Part shown: positions 8,815-17,659 of the stretch, piece after piece
Position numbering within the stretch: position 1 is the stretch's first letter
Layout: each line of letters opens with the position of its first letter
Virus record (IMG/VR): IMGVR_UViG_2684623237_000002
Coordinates: 8,215-72,214 of that record
Strand: one strand, 5' to 3'
DNA: 64,000 nt
Origin: a virus
Taxonomy: Duplodnaviria > Caudoviricetes
The notes under the pieces: model-generated
Databases searched by the model: none
What the model saw: the letters and a program-made list of their open reading frames with translations, nothing else
Told to the model about the DNA's origin: nothing
Made by a program: the position numbers and the translations under genes

Positions 8815-9975
8815 TTAGAAGCGGATGGCGCGTAGCCAAGCGTGGGCAGTGTCGAGAGGTACGTCGAAGCCCAGCGCTACAACCTCGATAATGTCTTCAA
8901 CTGCCGGCGCGGTCGTAGTCAAATCGTCCTGTTCAGCGTCGGTCGCCTGTGATCTGACTGGTGCGACCTCGGCCTTCGCTTCGATCGAGGCAGGAGCCGT
9001 AGCAATGACCGGGACCGGCGCGGCAGCTTGGGCGCGCAGACGGGCCAGTTCTTCTTGGTCACGCTGATATTGGGCGTCGCGCTCGCGCTGCTGGCGCTGC
9101 TGTTCTTCTTGCTGCTCGCGCTGTTGGCGTTGCTGGGCTTCCATGTCACGACGCTGCTGGTCCAGTTCGTCCTGCTGCTTCTTTAACCGCAGACGGTCTT
9201 CCTCGGCGCGCTGCTTACGCAGTTCTTCAGCCTCAGCGTCGGCGATGCGTTGTTTCTCGCGCAGGTCGTCCAGCTCTTTCTGCTGAGCCAGCAGCTTGGC
9301 AGCAGCTTCCTCTCGATCAATGGCAGCCTTGTGTAGCGCTTCCAATTGCTCAATGGCGTTGTCGCGAGCGATGGTGCCTTCGGCTTCAAATTCGCCATAT
9401 TCTTCGGGGAGGATCACCGACTCCTTAACGCCTTTCAGAATTCCGGCGACGTCGGCAGCGCTGCGGCTTGCGTATGCGGCAGCGACAGAGCTGAAGCGGG
9501 TAATCTTGGCCCGGATGGCGTCGACACGCTCAGCCTCGACACGCTCGCGCTCTGCCTTGGCATCAGCAATGCGCTTTTCTTCGGCCTTGATTGCTTCGTC
9601 AACAGGAGTCTCGATTGCCAAGACTCGATCTTTCAGCGTATCGCCGAACTCCTTTACTTGGTTGACGCGAGCCTGGGCGTCTTTAACCGCCTGCTGGTAG
9701 GGAACCAGTGCCGTTTTGGTGGTGTTGGCTAGGGCATAACGCACGTCGCGGATATCGACGCGAACTTCCTTTGCATTCGCCAAGCCTTCGCTGGTCGAGC
9801 AGTCAACCACCAGCTTCCCGTAGGTTGTCTCTAGGCGAACGATTTGCTCCTCGTGCGGCCGATACTCCGCGATGTCGGTGACGGCGACAGCAGGGGCAAT
9901 GGACTTCTTGGATTCTTCCGTTTCGCTCATTTCGAGCGATTCTTGTGCGGGTGCTTTTTTAGGATTGGTGGACAT
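8815..9975 (-). CDS. Coiled-coil phage protein
   Basis: E/Q/R/A-rich heptads; upstream of recT. Confidence 0.8.
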   Translation of the reverse strand: MSTNPKKAPAQESLEMSETEESKKSIAPAVAVTDIAEYRPHEEQIVRLETTYGKLVVDCSTSEGLANAKEVRVDIRDVRYALANTTKTALVPYQQAVKDAQARVNQVKEFGDTLKDRVLAIETPVDEAIKAEEKRIADAKAERERVEAERVDAIRAKITRFSSVAAAYASRSAADVAGILKGVKESVILPEEYGEFEAEGTIARDNAIEQLEALHKAAIDREEAAAKLLAQQKELDDLREKQRIADAEAEELRKQRAEEDRLRLKKQQDELDQQRRDMEAQQRQQREQQEEQQRQQRERDAQYQRDQEELARLRAQAAAPVPVIATAPASIEAKAEVAPVRSQATDAEQDDLTTTAPAVEDIIEVVALGFDVPLDTAHAWLRAIRF

Positions 9976-10032
9976 GACGATCCCTCGCCGCGCCTGGCGC
10001 AGCATTGAAAGTTTTGTGGTGGGGTGGGGCCG

Positions 10033-10260
10033 TTAAGCGGCGGAAACGATAGAGGCGTTGTAGTTGGCGTAAATCTTGTCGATGCGCGCCCGGAAGTATC
10101 GATGTTCGGCCTCGTCAATGGCCCGCAGCATGAAGGCCAGGGTGACGCAGGATGTCGCCGCCGAACTGGCGTTGGGCTGGCCAAGGTTGCGGATCATGTT
10201 TTCGATCTCTGTCTCGATCCAGCTGACGGCGTTCTGGTGGTCTCGCTGGGCGGTGTTCAT
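10033..10260 (-). CDS. Phage hypothetical protein
   Basis: GGAG RBS, overlap with upstream gene stop. Confidence 0.7.
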   Translation of the reverse strand: MNTAQRDHQNAVSWIETEIENMIRNLGQPNASSAATSCVTLAFMLRAIDEAEHRYFRARIDKIYANYNASIVSAA

Positions 10261-10487
10261 GTATCTCCCCCAACCGGCGGACAAATGCTTTCCATCTGAG
10301 CCATAACCAGTCCAATGCGACGCTTGAGGCTGGCACGCTCTGCGAGCCGGCGGACTTCACGCTCCGCCAAATCTTTCTCGGTGTATTCGTGAAAGAGGGC
10401 GGCGCGGCTTTGCGGTGTTCGCTCCGGGAAGTCCCAGCGCCTGTCTGATTCACGGGCCTGGGCACTATCCGCGTAACTGGTCGGCAT
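10257..10487 (-). CDS. Phage hypothetical protein
   Basis: GGAG RBS; operon context. Confidence 0.65.
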   Translation of the reverse strand: MPTSYADSAQARESDRRWDFPERTPQSRAALFHEYTEKDLAEREVRRLAERASLKRRIGLVMAQMESICPPVGGDT

Positions 10488-10731
10488 TGAGGGACTCCAG
10501 GCGCCGAGCGAGCGCGCAGGCTTCGTTGTGATCGCGGCGGAACCCCATCACTTTGTCGGTCCGGGTATCAACCACATGGAAGAAGTCACGTCCCGCCGGC
10601 TTCACTGTCATCCTGAAGCGGACCGCGGGCTCCGGCCGCCCAATCAGTCGGTAGAAGTCGGCAGTGGCGATGCGGGAGCGTTGACGCAAGCCATCGACGA
10701 TGTCGCGGCGCGATTGGATGCTGTGGTGCAT
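10465..10731 (-). CDS. Phage hypothetical protein
   Basis: GGAGG RBS; operon context. Confidence 0.7.
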   Translation of the reverse strand: MHHSIQSRRDIVDGLRQRSRIATADFYRLIGRPEPAVRFRMTVKPAGRDFFHVVDTRTDKVMGFRRDHNEACALARRLESLNADQLRG

Positions 10732-10752
10732 GGTGACCTCCAGTGTTTGAGG

Positions 10753-10995
10753 TTAGGTAGAGCGGGCGGCGAGCATCCGGTCGGCAATTTCATAGGCATA
10801 CTTCGCCGCGGTCGACAGGATCTCGTCTACCTCATTGCCTGCAGTTGCAAGCTCGCCGATTTCTCCGAAGCTCGGTGCGATCTTCACAATTGCCTTCGCT
10901 GCGAAGTAGTCGCGCAGCGTCATGCCTGCTTCACCTTCATGCACGTAGTTGGCTTCGGTTCCTGGGAACGCTGGGCCGCCGGTTTCTGTCGTCAT
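10753..10995 (-). CDS. Conserved phage protein (GGPAFP...GMTLRDYFAAKA family)
   Basis: Recognisable phage motif; GGAG RBS. Confidence 0.8.
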   Translation of the reverse strand: MTTETGGPAFPGTEANYVHEGEAGMTLRDYFAAKAIVKIAPSFGEIGELATAGNEVDEILSTAAKYAYEIADRMLAARST

Positions 10996-11204
10996 GACTT
11001 TCTCCATTCGTTGGTTCACCTGTATTCGTCAACACTCATGCCTCCCGCTGGTTGCCGATGGGCGCGGGGGAGGAGTGCTGACGGGTAGAGGTGGGAATCC
11101 GAAAAATCGGATTGATATGAGAGGACAGGGAGTCCTCAATGCATTGCTGTAGGAATGGTGGAGCTGAGGCCCTGTTCAGTAAGCCACCACTAGGGGAGGT
11201 GCGA

Positions 11205-11693
11205 TTACTGGTGAATGCTGGTCTTGCTGATGGCAATCCAAGAAATAGCGAATATGCCAGCAACAAATATCACCGGACTGCCGAAAACTTTGTAGTAAAG
11301 CCAAAAATCAAATGGCGTGGAAAAAGCGACCGCAACGTTCAACACTGCCATAGTTGCGAGAAGCAACGCCAGTGAAAGTGCACACATGCGCCATTGTGGT
11401 TTTGACAGATTTAAACGTTTTCCGAAAATGCATTGAAGTAGATTGAGCTTGAATCCGGCTTCAGCGATAACTACTACCAGAGCTAATGATCCGTACAAAA
11501 TTGTAGGCTTAATCAATATGACGAATGAGCTCGGCAGTAGGAGTTTTCCAAGCAGTACGCCAAATACCAAACCGAAAATTTGGAACAATAGAAACGCGCG
11601 CCACAAAAGCGCAAAGGACAGCCTCAGCCAATTTTTTGTCACACTCATTCTACGAGACCTTAAGGTGTTCATCATGTAGCGGCGGTATGCCAT
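11205..11693 (-). CDS. YciB/IspZ (intracellular septation protein A)-like membrane protein, moron; start uncertain
   Basis: IKPTILY...W......LN..VA....D.W..YKVFG pattern; multiple TMs; AT-rich. Confidence 0.7.
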   Translation of the reverse strand: MAYRRYMMNTLRSRRMSVTKNWLRLSFALLWRAFLLFQIFGLVFGVLLGKLLLPSSFVILIKPTILYGSLALVVVIAEAGFKLNLLQCIFGKRLNLSKPQWRMCALSLALLLATMAVLNVAVAFSTPFDFWLYYKVFGSPVIFVAGIFAISWIAISKTSIHQ

Positions 11694-11809
11694 TTCACGT
11701 TTAGGATTTCAGTTCTAAGCTACTAGATTGTATTGGCTCCATAAAGTACGAAAATTTTGTCATGCAGGTGACCGGGCATTTAACGACAGGCTGTCGTGGC
11801 GCTGGTTGT

Positions 11810-11977
11810 TCAGGTGCTCGCACGCATGAACAGGTCGACCAAGGCTTTCAGCAGTGCATCATGATCAAGGCTCTCTACAGGCAGGCCTGCATCCTGAAAG
11901 GTCGCAATTGCACGATCCAGTGCATTGCTGACGATCTCCTGATCTTCTGGCTCAAGGTCTATGTATTCGGTTGCCAT
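11810..11977 (-). CDS. 55-aa acidic protein, first ORF after the pL leader (not in ORF track)
   Basis: GAGGG RBS; MATEYIDLEPEDQEIVSNALDRAIATFQDAGLPVESLDHDALLKALVDLFMRAST. Confidence 0.65.
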   Translation of the reverse strand: MATEYIDLEPEDQEIVSNALDRAIATFQDAGLPVESLDHDALLKALVDLFMRAST

Positions 11978-12242
11978 CGTCTTGCCCTCGGTTGTTTTCC
12001 CAATGCACCCGTCACCAGGTGCATCAGTGAAAACTTCCGCCGTGACCCGCTACTGGCGTCGGTCACTGGCTTGAATCAATTGTTCTTCCAGCCACGGGCC
12101 TTTCGGCTTGTTATCCCGCTGGATAACTGTTCTTGGCGCTTTACGCTGCACGCCCGGGTCAGTTGCCAACCCTCTGAACCGTTTAGGCCGGCTCATCGCT
12201 GCCTTTGAATCTGGGCCGGTGGTGATCCGGCAAGGGGTATCG

Positions 12243-12252
12243 CTAAAGAGCG
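12243..12252 (-). promoter_or_regulatory. boxA-like antitermination element in pL leader
   Basis: CGCTCTTTAG about 45 nt after pL; resembles lambdoid/rrn boxA. Confidence 0.6.
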
Positions 12253-12300
12253 GCGCAGGTTTAGCTGCTGGCCGGCGTTCTTCGTTGCTGGCTTGAGGCG

Positions 12301-12375
12301 ATAATCACAGAGTGTGTTTATCATGTCAACACGTAATGTGTTCGTATTTTTCATGATTGAATCACGCTGTGTGGT
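12301..12375 (-). promoter_or_regulatory. pL promoter with three oL operators
   Basis: TTGACA(12329-12324)-17-GATTAT; A(A/T)CAC-N5-GTG(T/G)T palindromes at 12304-12318, 12328-12342, 12361-12375, matching those between cI and cro. Confidence 0.8.
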
Positions 12376-12431
12376 TTTTATAGGGGAATTGAGAAGGACG
12401 GGGTGGTGAGCCCGCCTGCTGGCGTGCTCAT

Positions 12432-12683
12432 TTAGGAATCGCAGTATTCGCGCCAGCCGATCCTGACGGCACCGTCATCCAGATGCTCGACGCTAATGCC
12501 GGCGGTGTCGCCGATGTCTTGAATGACCTGGCGCCAGGCTTCAGGGCTCTCGTCGTCGCGTCTCGAAACCTCGACCAACTGAACTCTCTGGACCCGGGGA
12601 GATGCGATCAAGCGTTGCAGGCGGTGGCCCACAAGCTCGTAGGAATTTCTCGGTTTGGGTGTGGGATATGGTGCCTGGATCAT
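12432..12683 (-). CDS. DUF1654-like small protein, SOS-regulated
   Basis: AAGGAG RBS; SYELVGHRLQRLI..P.VQ...DDGAVRIGW; LexA box upstream. Confidence 0.75.
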   Translation of the reverse strand: MIQAPYPTPKPRNSYELVGHRLQRLIASPRVQRVQLVEVSRRDDESPEAWRQVIQDIGDTAGISVEHLDDGAVRIGWREYCDS

Positions 12684-12702
12684 GCGTCGCTCCTTGCGAA
12701 TA

Positions 12703-12718
12703 CTGTATGCATACACAG
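12703..12718. promoter_or_regulatory. LexA (SOS) box
   Basis: CTGT-ATGCATAC-ACAG, perfect CTGT-N8-ACAG. Confidence 0.85.
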
Positions 12719-12852
12719 TATTGGTGCTGACATATCTTGGCAATAGGGCGACAGGAAGTTTCATGCATAAATGCATATTTCTAAGAGGGGCGTTTTCACC
12801 GGGCCTGAAAAAGCCCTCTCGTAGCGGGCTTTGATCGAATTGGTCTTGAGTC

Positions 12853-13647
12853 TTATTTGGGGATTGAGCTTCGCTGCTCTGCCCAACGCTCAAGGGTCCA
12901 GTAGTTGAACCGGCCTACCTCTGGGCTCTTCGAATATTCACTCGCCTGCTTTAGGCCAACCTGCATTAGATCGTCCCGAATCTGTAAAACGGTCCAGGTG
13001 ACTCCGGGGTTGACGTCTCGTTGGTGAAAGCAATCCGCTCCCTTCGTTCTGTCCGCCCAAGCCGTAAACTCTGATCTGTTGTAGTGATAGAGCGACTGGG
13101 AAAAGTTGGTTTCAGACACGCACCCGAACGCGGACGGGTTCAGCCCGATCAGTTCGTCAGCTTTAGGTCGATACGTGTTTGCAGGCGCGAGCACCGTAGA
13201 GGCAGACGGGACGGGGATCATTCGATAGGCGACCACACCAATGATTAAGGCGACCAAGGCCGCACAGATCGCGATGAATGGACGATTGCTATTCGAATTC
13301 CGCACTATCTGATCTGTCGTAATAGAACTGGCGATTGATTCCACGTCAGCCCCACAGTGACGGCACCGGATAGCTGCGTTTTTGATTACCTCGGCGCAGA
13401 GGGGGCACGGTCGTGTATCGGCCTCAACGGCAGGGTTGGTAACTGAGCCTCTCCCGCCAAGCAGTACCATCAGGAGACCGGCCACCGCTAGCAACCCGCC
13501 GACGATTGTGTGCACCTGGCGGTCTGCCATGAGGCCCAGGTTATTAACTCTCCCGCCAGCGCCGGTTGCAACGGACACATCCATGCTCAGCGCGAAGATC
13601 AGCCAACACGAGCCGACAATGATCGCAAATATTCCGAATCCCTTCAT
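12853..13647 (-). CDS. Membrane protein with zinc ribbon (moron)
   Basis: Two N-terminal TMs, CPLCAE...CRHCG, third TM; terminator 12808-12832 downstream. Confidence 0.8.
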   Translation of the reverse strand: MKGFGIFAIIVGSCWLIFALSMDVSVATGAGGRVNNLGLMADRQVHTIVGGLLAVAGLLMVLLGGRGSVTNPAVEADTRPCPLCAEVIKNAAIRCRHCGADVESIASSITTDQIVRNSNSNRPFIAICAALVALIIGVVAYRMIPVPSASTVLAPANTYRPKADELIGLNPSAFGCVSETNFSQSLYHYNRSEFTAWADRTKGADCFHQRDVNPGVTWTVLQIRDDLMQVGLKQASEYSKSPEVGRFNYWTLERWAEQRSSIPK

Positions 13648-13818
13648 TGAATAACTCCCGTAATTGAACCCGAACTTTACCATTGGTGACGCACTGCCAC
13701 TATCGGATGGCCGAACCGCCCAGCAAACCGTGTACAGAGAAAAGCCCGCGATGGGGGAGGGCGGGCATAAGGTGTTCTCAAAGCGAATACAGTTCTAAAA
13801 GAGGTGTTTTGGCTGTTA

Positions 13819-14457
13819 TTAAGATGGAATCAAGCGAAGAGCGTAAAATATAAAGCCAACCAAAAATATGTAAGCTGTTAGAGTTATGATGGCCTCAGAT
13901 TTTCGATCCATGAAGCGAGCAAATCCGCCTAATAAAAACTGCTGCTCAATAGCTTGCTTTATAAGCGCTCCGGTTTTTGTAACGAAATTCCCTCGGAAAA
14001 GCTTGCTGAATTCAAGCTCTAGTGCGGACTCTAGGTCGCTAGAGGTGTCTCTGATATTCTCAATAATCAATGAGCTGGGGGCCTGCCTAATAAATGTGGC
14101 GCTTTGAAAGTTATCTAGGGTTATGGCGTCCACAAATAACGAGTATTGATCCATGTAAGAAGAGTTACGAATTCTTAGATATCCCAAGTGTTCGCTCAGC
14201 CTACTCTCCATCATGACGATTTGTGTTTCTAAATTAAAATTTTTACGCTTTGCCGTATGATAGGTTATCGCCTCTCTTTGGAGGCTATCTATATCATCAA
14301 ATATTTTTGCAAGCGCAGTTCTAATCTCTTTCCTTTCTTCACGTCTATTGTTCTGCCAGTTTACGATTAGCCAGCCTACGATGACTAAGGCCCAAGTCAC
14401 TGGGTAAAACCAAATCGGAGTACCGTTACCTTGGCTCTCTGCCGTCAGTGCCATCAA
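13819..14457 (-). CDS. Membrane protein (N- and C-terminal TMs), third gene of AT-rich operon
   Basis: Hydrophobic termini; overlaps upstream STAS gene. Confidence 0.75.
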   Translation of the reverse strand: MMALTAESQGNGTPIWFYPVTWALVIVGWLIVNWQNNRREERKEIRTALAKIFDDIDSLQREAITYHTAKRKNFNLETQIVMMESRLSEHLGYLRIRNSSYMDQYSLFVDAITLDNFQSATFIRQAPSSLIIENIRDTSSDLESALELEFSKLFRGNFVTKTGALIKQAIEQQFLLGGFARFMDRKSEAIITLTAYIFLVGFIFYALRLIPS

Positions 14458-14800
14458 TCATTCTCCGTATGAAAGATTTGCTCTTGGGGTTACTTTTCCC
14501 GCGAGCGTCATGAATGTAAGTTTTAATACGTTGAACTAAATTTTCATCACGTGAAGCTAGTATTATTAAAGACTCAACTAAATCTGTAGGGTATTTCCGA
14601 GCGATACCACCGAACGCCTCTTCAAGAAAAGAGGATCCATAGCCTCTAGCTCCATCCAAATAAACCACAATTTTTTCATGGTCTTTCATTCGCGGTTCTA
14701 GATATTTTTCCCTAAATAATTCGCCGCTATAAGGGCCGTCGGTTTTATACCTTCCTGCTGGATGCTTGGAAAATTCCGCAGCCAAATGTACTTCTGTCAT
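14426..14800 (-). CDS. STAS-like (DUF4325) protein
   Basis: FS..PAGRY..DGPYSGELFRE...LDGARGYGSSFLEEAFGG; ATGA overlap with upstream gene. Confidence 0.8.
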   Translation of the reverse strand: MTEVHLAAEFSKHPAGRYKTDGPYSGELFREKYLEPRMKDHEKIVVYLDGARGYGSSFLEEAFGGIARKYPTDLVESLIILASRDENLVQRIKTYIHDARGKSNPKSKSFIRRMIDGTDGREPR

Positions 14801-15837
14801 GATCCGGGCCTCGCCGTTAAGGGCATCTGCCAATAAATTATCGTACCATTTGTAGACATTGTGAAGTCGCCATAGGTTTCCTTTCCTTTCTTGATTTGGT
14901 ACCACCCTCGATTACTTTGTACTATTGCCACGCTGTCCTTGCTCGCAAGCACTGTTTCGACGATCTGTGTCAACCCTTTGCCACGATTATGCTTTCTGGT
15001 GCGAGTTTTGCTATGGCGGATTGCACCTCTGATAAGGCGAGCGTCACCAAGATTCTGGAGGCCAAATCGAGAGAGGACCAGATACCATTTCCGCCAACCG
15101 TCGTCGTCGCTATATGGAAGTGACCCTGGAATCCCCACCCCCAAATCACAAAACACAACCGAGAGCATTCCATCCTTTTCTTGAGAAAACATCCACCAAG
15201 GCTTGTAACTTTTTGCCGATGCGATACCGTCTGAGCGACGAGCAATGTATGCGTGATGATGTGCATTTGTCATTGCTTCTGTAAGGCCTGCATACAGGTC
15301 CTCTTGCAGCGCAGGGGTAATAACACCATCATATTTCCCAAGAATCACATCATAATTGGCTCCCGATACATCCTGACCTTTTGCCACGCGCCAGTTTATG
15401 ACGTCAGCAAGTTCGCAGTTGGAGATCGGAACTTTTTTACCTATTCTTGTATAGAAGCCTATTTGTTGCAAAACAAGAGAAGCTTTTTTATTTAGTGGAA
15501 TGGTTGATCGAACATTGAGCTTTGGAAATAAGTCAAGTAAGCGATCTATCTCGGAGAAAAATAAAATTGTACCGCTTGCTATAAATTTTTGTGTTCTAGA
15601 AAAGTCAATGAGTATGGATCTGCAACCGGAGATTACCGAAAATCTAATTTTTTCGATAAATTTTATTAGCTCATTTCTGGGTTCTGTGAAAGCACAAAAT
15701 ACTATCGGAGCGTGATGGATTACCGTTTTAAGTTTATGCTTGCTCTTAGAAGGCTGAGTAGATCGCAACACTTTGATCAAAGCGAATCTATGTTTACGCA
15801 AAGCTATATCTTTATAGTCGATCGGTAGCTTTTTCAT
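14797..15837 (-). CDS. STAS-like + GHKL/HATPase (anti-sigma-kinase-like) protein
   Basis: N box EAMTNAHHHAY, G1 DLGVGI, G2 RGKGL, GT box; N-terminal IDFS...FI.SG STAS-like segment. Confidence 0.8.
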   Translation of the reverse strand: MKKLPIDYKDIALRKHRFALIKVLRSTQPSKSKHKLKTVIHHAPIVFCAFTEPRNELIKFIEKIRFSVISGCRSILIDFSRTQKFIASGTILFFSEIDRLLDLFPKLNVRSTIPLNKKASLVLQQIGFYTRIGKKVPISNCELADVINWRVAKGQDVSGANYDVILGKYDGVITPALQEDLYAGLTEAMTNAHHHAYIARRSDGIASAKSYKPWWMFSQEKDGMLSVVFCDLGVGIPGSLPYSDDDGWRKWYLVLSRFGLQNLGDARLIRGAIRHSKTRTRKHNRGKGLTQIVETVLASKDSVAIVQSNRGWYQIKKGKETYGDFTMSTNGTIIYWQMPLTARPGS

Positions 15838-16226
15838 ATTACGCTTTCCATGTCGTAAAATCCGGCTAATTTCTCTAATAAATCCTGAAATTTTGCCTTT
15901 AATCAATAAGCGCCCTTCAACGTCTGTAAACGGAGCTTGGCGGGAAATGTAGACTCACTTGTGCGAATTATGATAATGGCTCAGTGCTATCAATTCAAGC
16001 GCGGTCACGAATGCACAAAGCAAAATGAAGGCATGGCTGAAGACCTGCTTGCGGCTGAATGAGCAGCCATCCGCCCAATTGCCAGCGTAGCTTGTGAAAA
16101 CCACCATGAGCATCAGCAGATCATAGGTCCACGCCTTGCTCCAGAAGGTCCGCTCTCCTTGTCTTGCCCCGCAGTTTGGTTTGGTTGGCGGATCATCAGA
16201 TCACCCCCGCGACCTACTTATCATGC

Positions 16227-16568
16227 CTAGGGCTTGCGGTAGAGATACATACCTTTCTCGTCAGACTCGTTAGCAGCGCTCAAAGCCCTCGCTGCAAGCG
16301 CTGTAGTTTCACCATGTCCGAATTCGTAGTGCGGAGGCAGTACCAATACGCTGGTCCACCAAGGCTCTCCATTGATTGGCAGGGGGAGTTCGTGGCATTG
16401 CAGTTGGTTTTCATCAGATCTAGGACCCAGCGCCGCTCTAAGCGAACTTGTGAGGATTGAAGCCCCGGGGCGATTGTGGTGGTTGGCCACAACAAGCCCA
16501 TAAGCCTTCAAGGCGCTGGCTATGTGATCTAGGTCTGCTTCGTTATTCAGCACTGCAACTACGGTCAT
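16227..16568 (-). CDS. Hypothetical protein immediately downstream of cI
   Basis: AAGGAG RBS; same orientation as cI. Confidence 0.7.
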   Translation of the reverse strand: MTVVAVLNNEADLDHIASALKAYGLVVANHHNRPGASILTSSLRAALGPRSDENQLQCHELPLPINGEPWWTSVLVLPPHYEFGHGETTALAARALSAANESDEKGMYLYRKP

Positions 16569-16626
16569 ATCGCACTCCTTGCAACTTCACTTTGAAAATC
16601 CGGAATTCCCCGGAGTGTGGTCCTTT

Positions 16627-17271
16627 TCAATAAAACTTCTGCAGTGCCTGCACAACCACGCCCACGATCCGGCAATGCTCGTCGACTGCTTCGATGGGGT
16701 AGCTCGGGTTCAGTGGCTTCAGGAACAATCGGCCACCGTCGCTCACCAGCTTCTTGAATGTCGCCTCGTTGCTGTCCGGGAGCTTTGCCACGACCAGCTT
16801 ACCTGGTGCAACTTCAGCCTCAGTGTCCACAAGGATCAGCGTGCCCTCAGTGATGCTCTGGCCGGCGGGCGCCGTCATTGAGTCACCTTTCACCTTCAGC
16901 CAGAAAGCCGTGCCCTTCGAGTCGTACTCCGAGAACTCATAGCTGTCCGAAAATCCGGCCGGGTAGGGCTCAACGGCTTCCGCCCAGGCGCCGGCGGCAA
17001 CCCAGCTGATTACTGGGTAGCGGAATGATTTGGTGGGCTGGGCGGCGATTGAAATATTCGAGGGGCTTTCGCCAGGCAAAAGTAACGCTGCCGGATCGAC
17101 TTTCAGCTCATGGGCAATCTTGGCGATATCTTCAAGGTTTGGCTCCCGAGCATCTTTCTCATAGTTTCCTATGCGCGATTGGGATTTCCATCCGCACGCC
17201 TTTGCCAAGGCAGCCTGAGAAAGCCCTGCTTTTTCTCTGTAGTGCGCGATGCGCGATCCGAGTGTCTTCAT
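16627..17271 (-). CDS. cI: CI-like repressor (HTH + S24 autopeptidase)
   Basis: HTH LSQAALAKACGWKSQSRIGNYE; AG cleavage site; GDSM; TFKKL. Confidence 0.95.
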   Translation of the reverse strand: MKTLGSRIAHYREKAGLSQAALAKACGWKSQSRIGNYEKDAREPNLEDIAKIAHELKVDPAALLLPGESPSNISIAAQPTKSFRYPVISWVAAGAWAEAVEPYPAGFSDSYEFSEYDSKGTAFWLKVKGDSMTAPAGQSITEGTLILVDTEAEVAPGKLVVAKLPDSNEATFKKLVSDGGRLFLKPLNPSYPIEAVDEHCRIVGVVVQALQKFY

Positions 17272-17284
17272 GGATGGAATTTTA

Positions 17285-17350
17285 ATCACGGAGTGAAATA
17301 AAATCCGCCCACTTATTGTGTTTGCCAATAACACGATATGTGTTTATCCT
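17285..17350 (+). promoter_or_regulatory. oR operators and pR promoter
   Basis: CCCAC-N5-GTGTT (17308-17322), AACAC-N5-GTGTT (17330-17344); TTGCCA-17-TATCCT. Confidence 0.8.
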
Positions 17351-17377
17351 TGGTTTATTGACCGCAGGAGCAACGCA

Positions 17378-17605
17378 ATGAATCTCATAGCAGAGTTTCG
17401 TGAGGAGGCCGGAATCACGCAGGCAGCCTTACACCGAAAGCTCAACTGGAAGCAGTCGCGGCTCGCTAACTACGAGTCGGGGGCTCGCCCATTGAAGCTT
17501 GAAGACGCCCGGAAGATCGTCCAGGCGCTGAATGAATTGGGTGCGAAATGCACTTTGGATCGCGTTTTTCCGCAGCAATCTTCTGCGGATGTTCAGGCCG
17601 CCTAA
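17378..17605 (+). CDS. cro: Cro-like HTH regulator
   Basis: ITQAALHRKLNWKQSRLANYESG; divergent from cI. Confidence 0.9.
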   Translation: MNLIAEFREEAGITQAALHRKLNWKQSRLANYESGARPLKLEDARKIVQALNELGAKCTLDRVFPQQSSADVQAA

Positions 17606-17659
17606 GCGACACCCCTGTCCGCCGTTCCATTGAAGCCAGATTAGAAGAGAGCAGTCCCC

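Noticed and set aside
11595-11609. Half-site CGCGCCACAAAA of the 36-bp palindrome
   Set aside because: No partner arm; may be chance
15955-16190. Minus-strand hydrophobic reading frame (…RTFWSKAWTY…ELIAL…)
   Set aside because: No usable start/RBS for the full frame; probably a decayed gene, family not assignable
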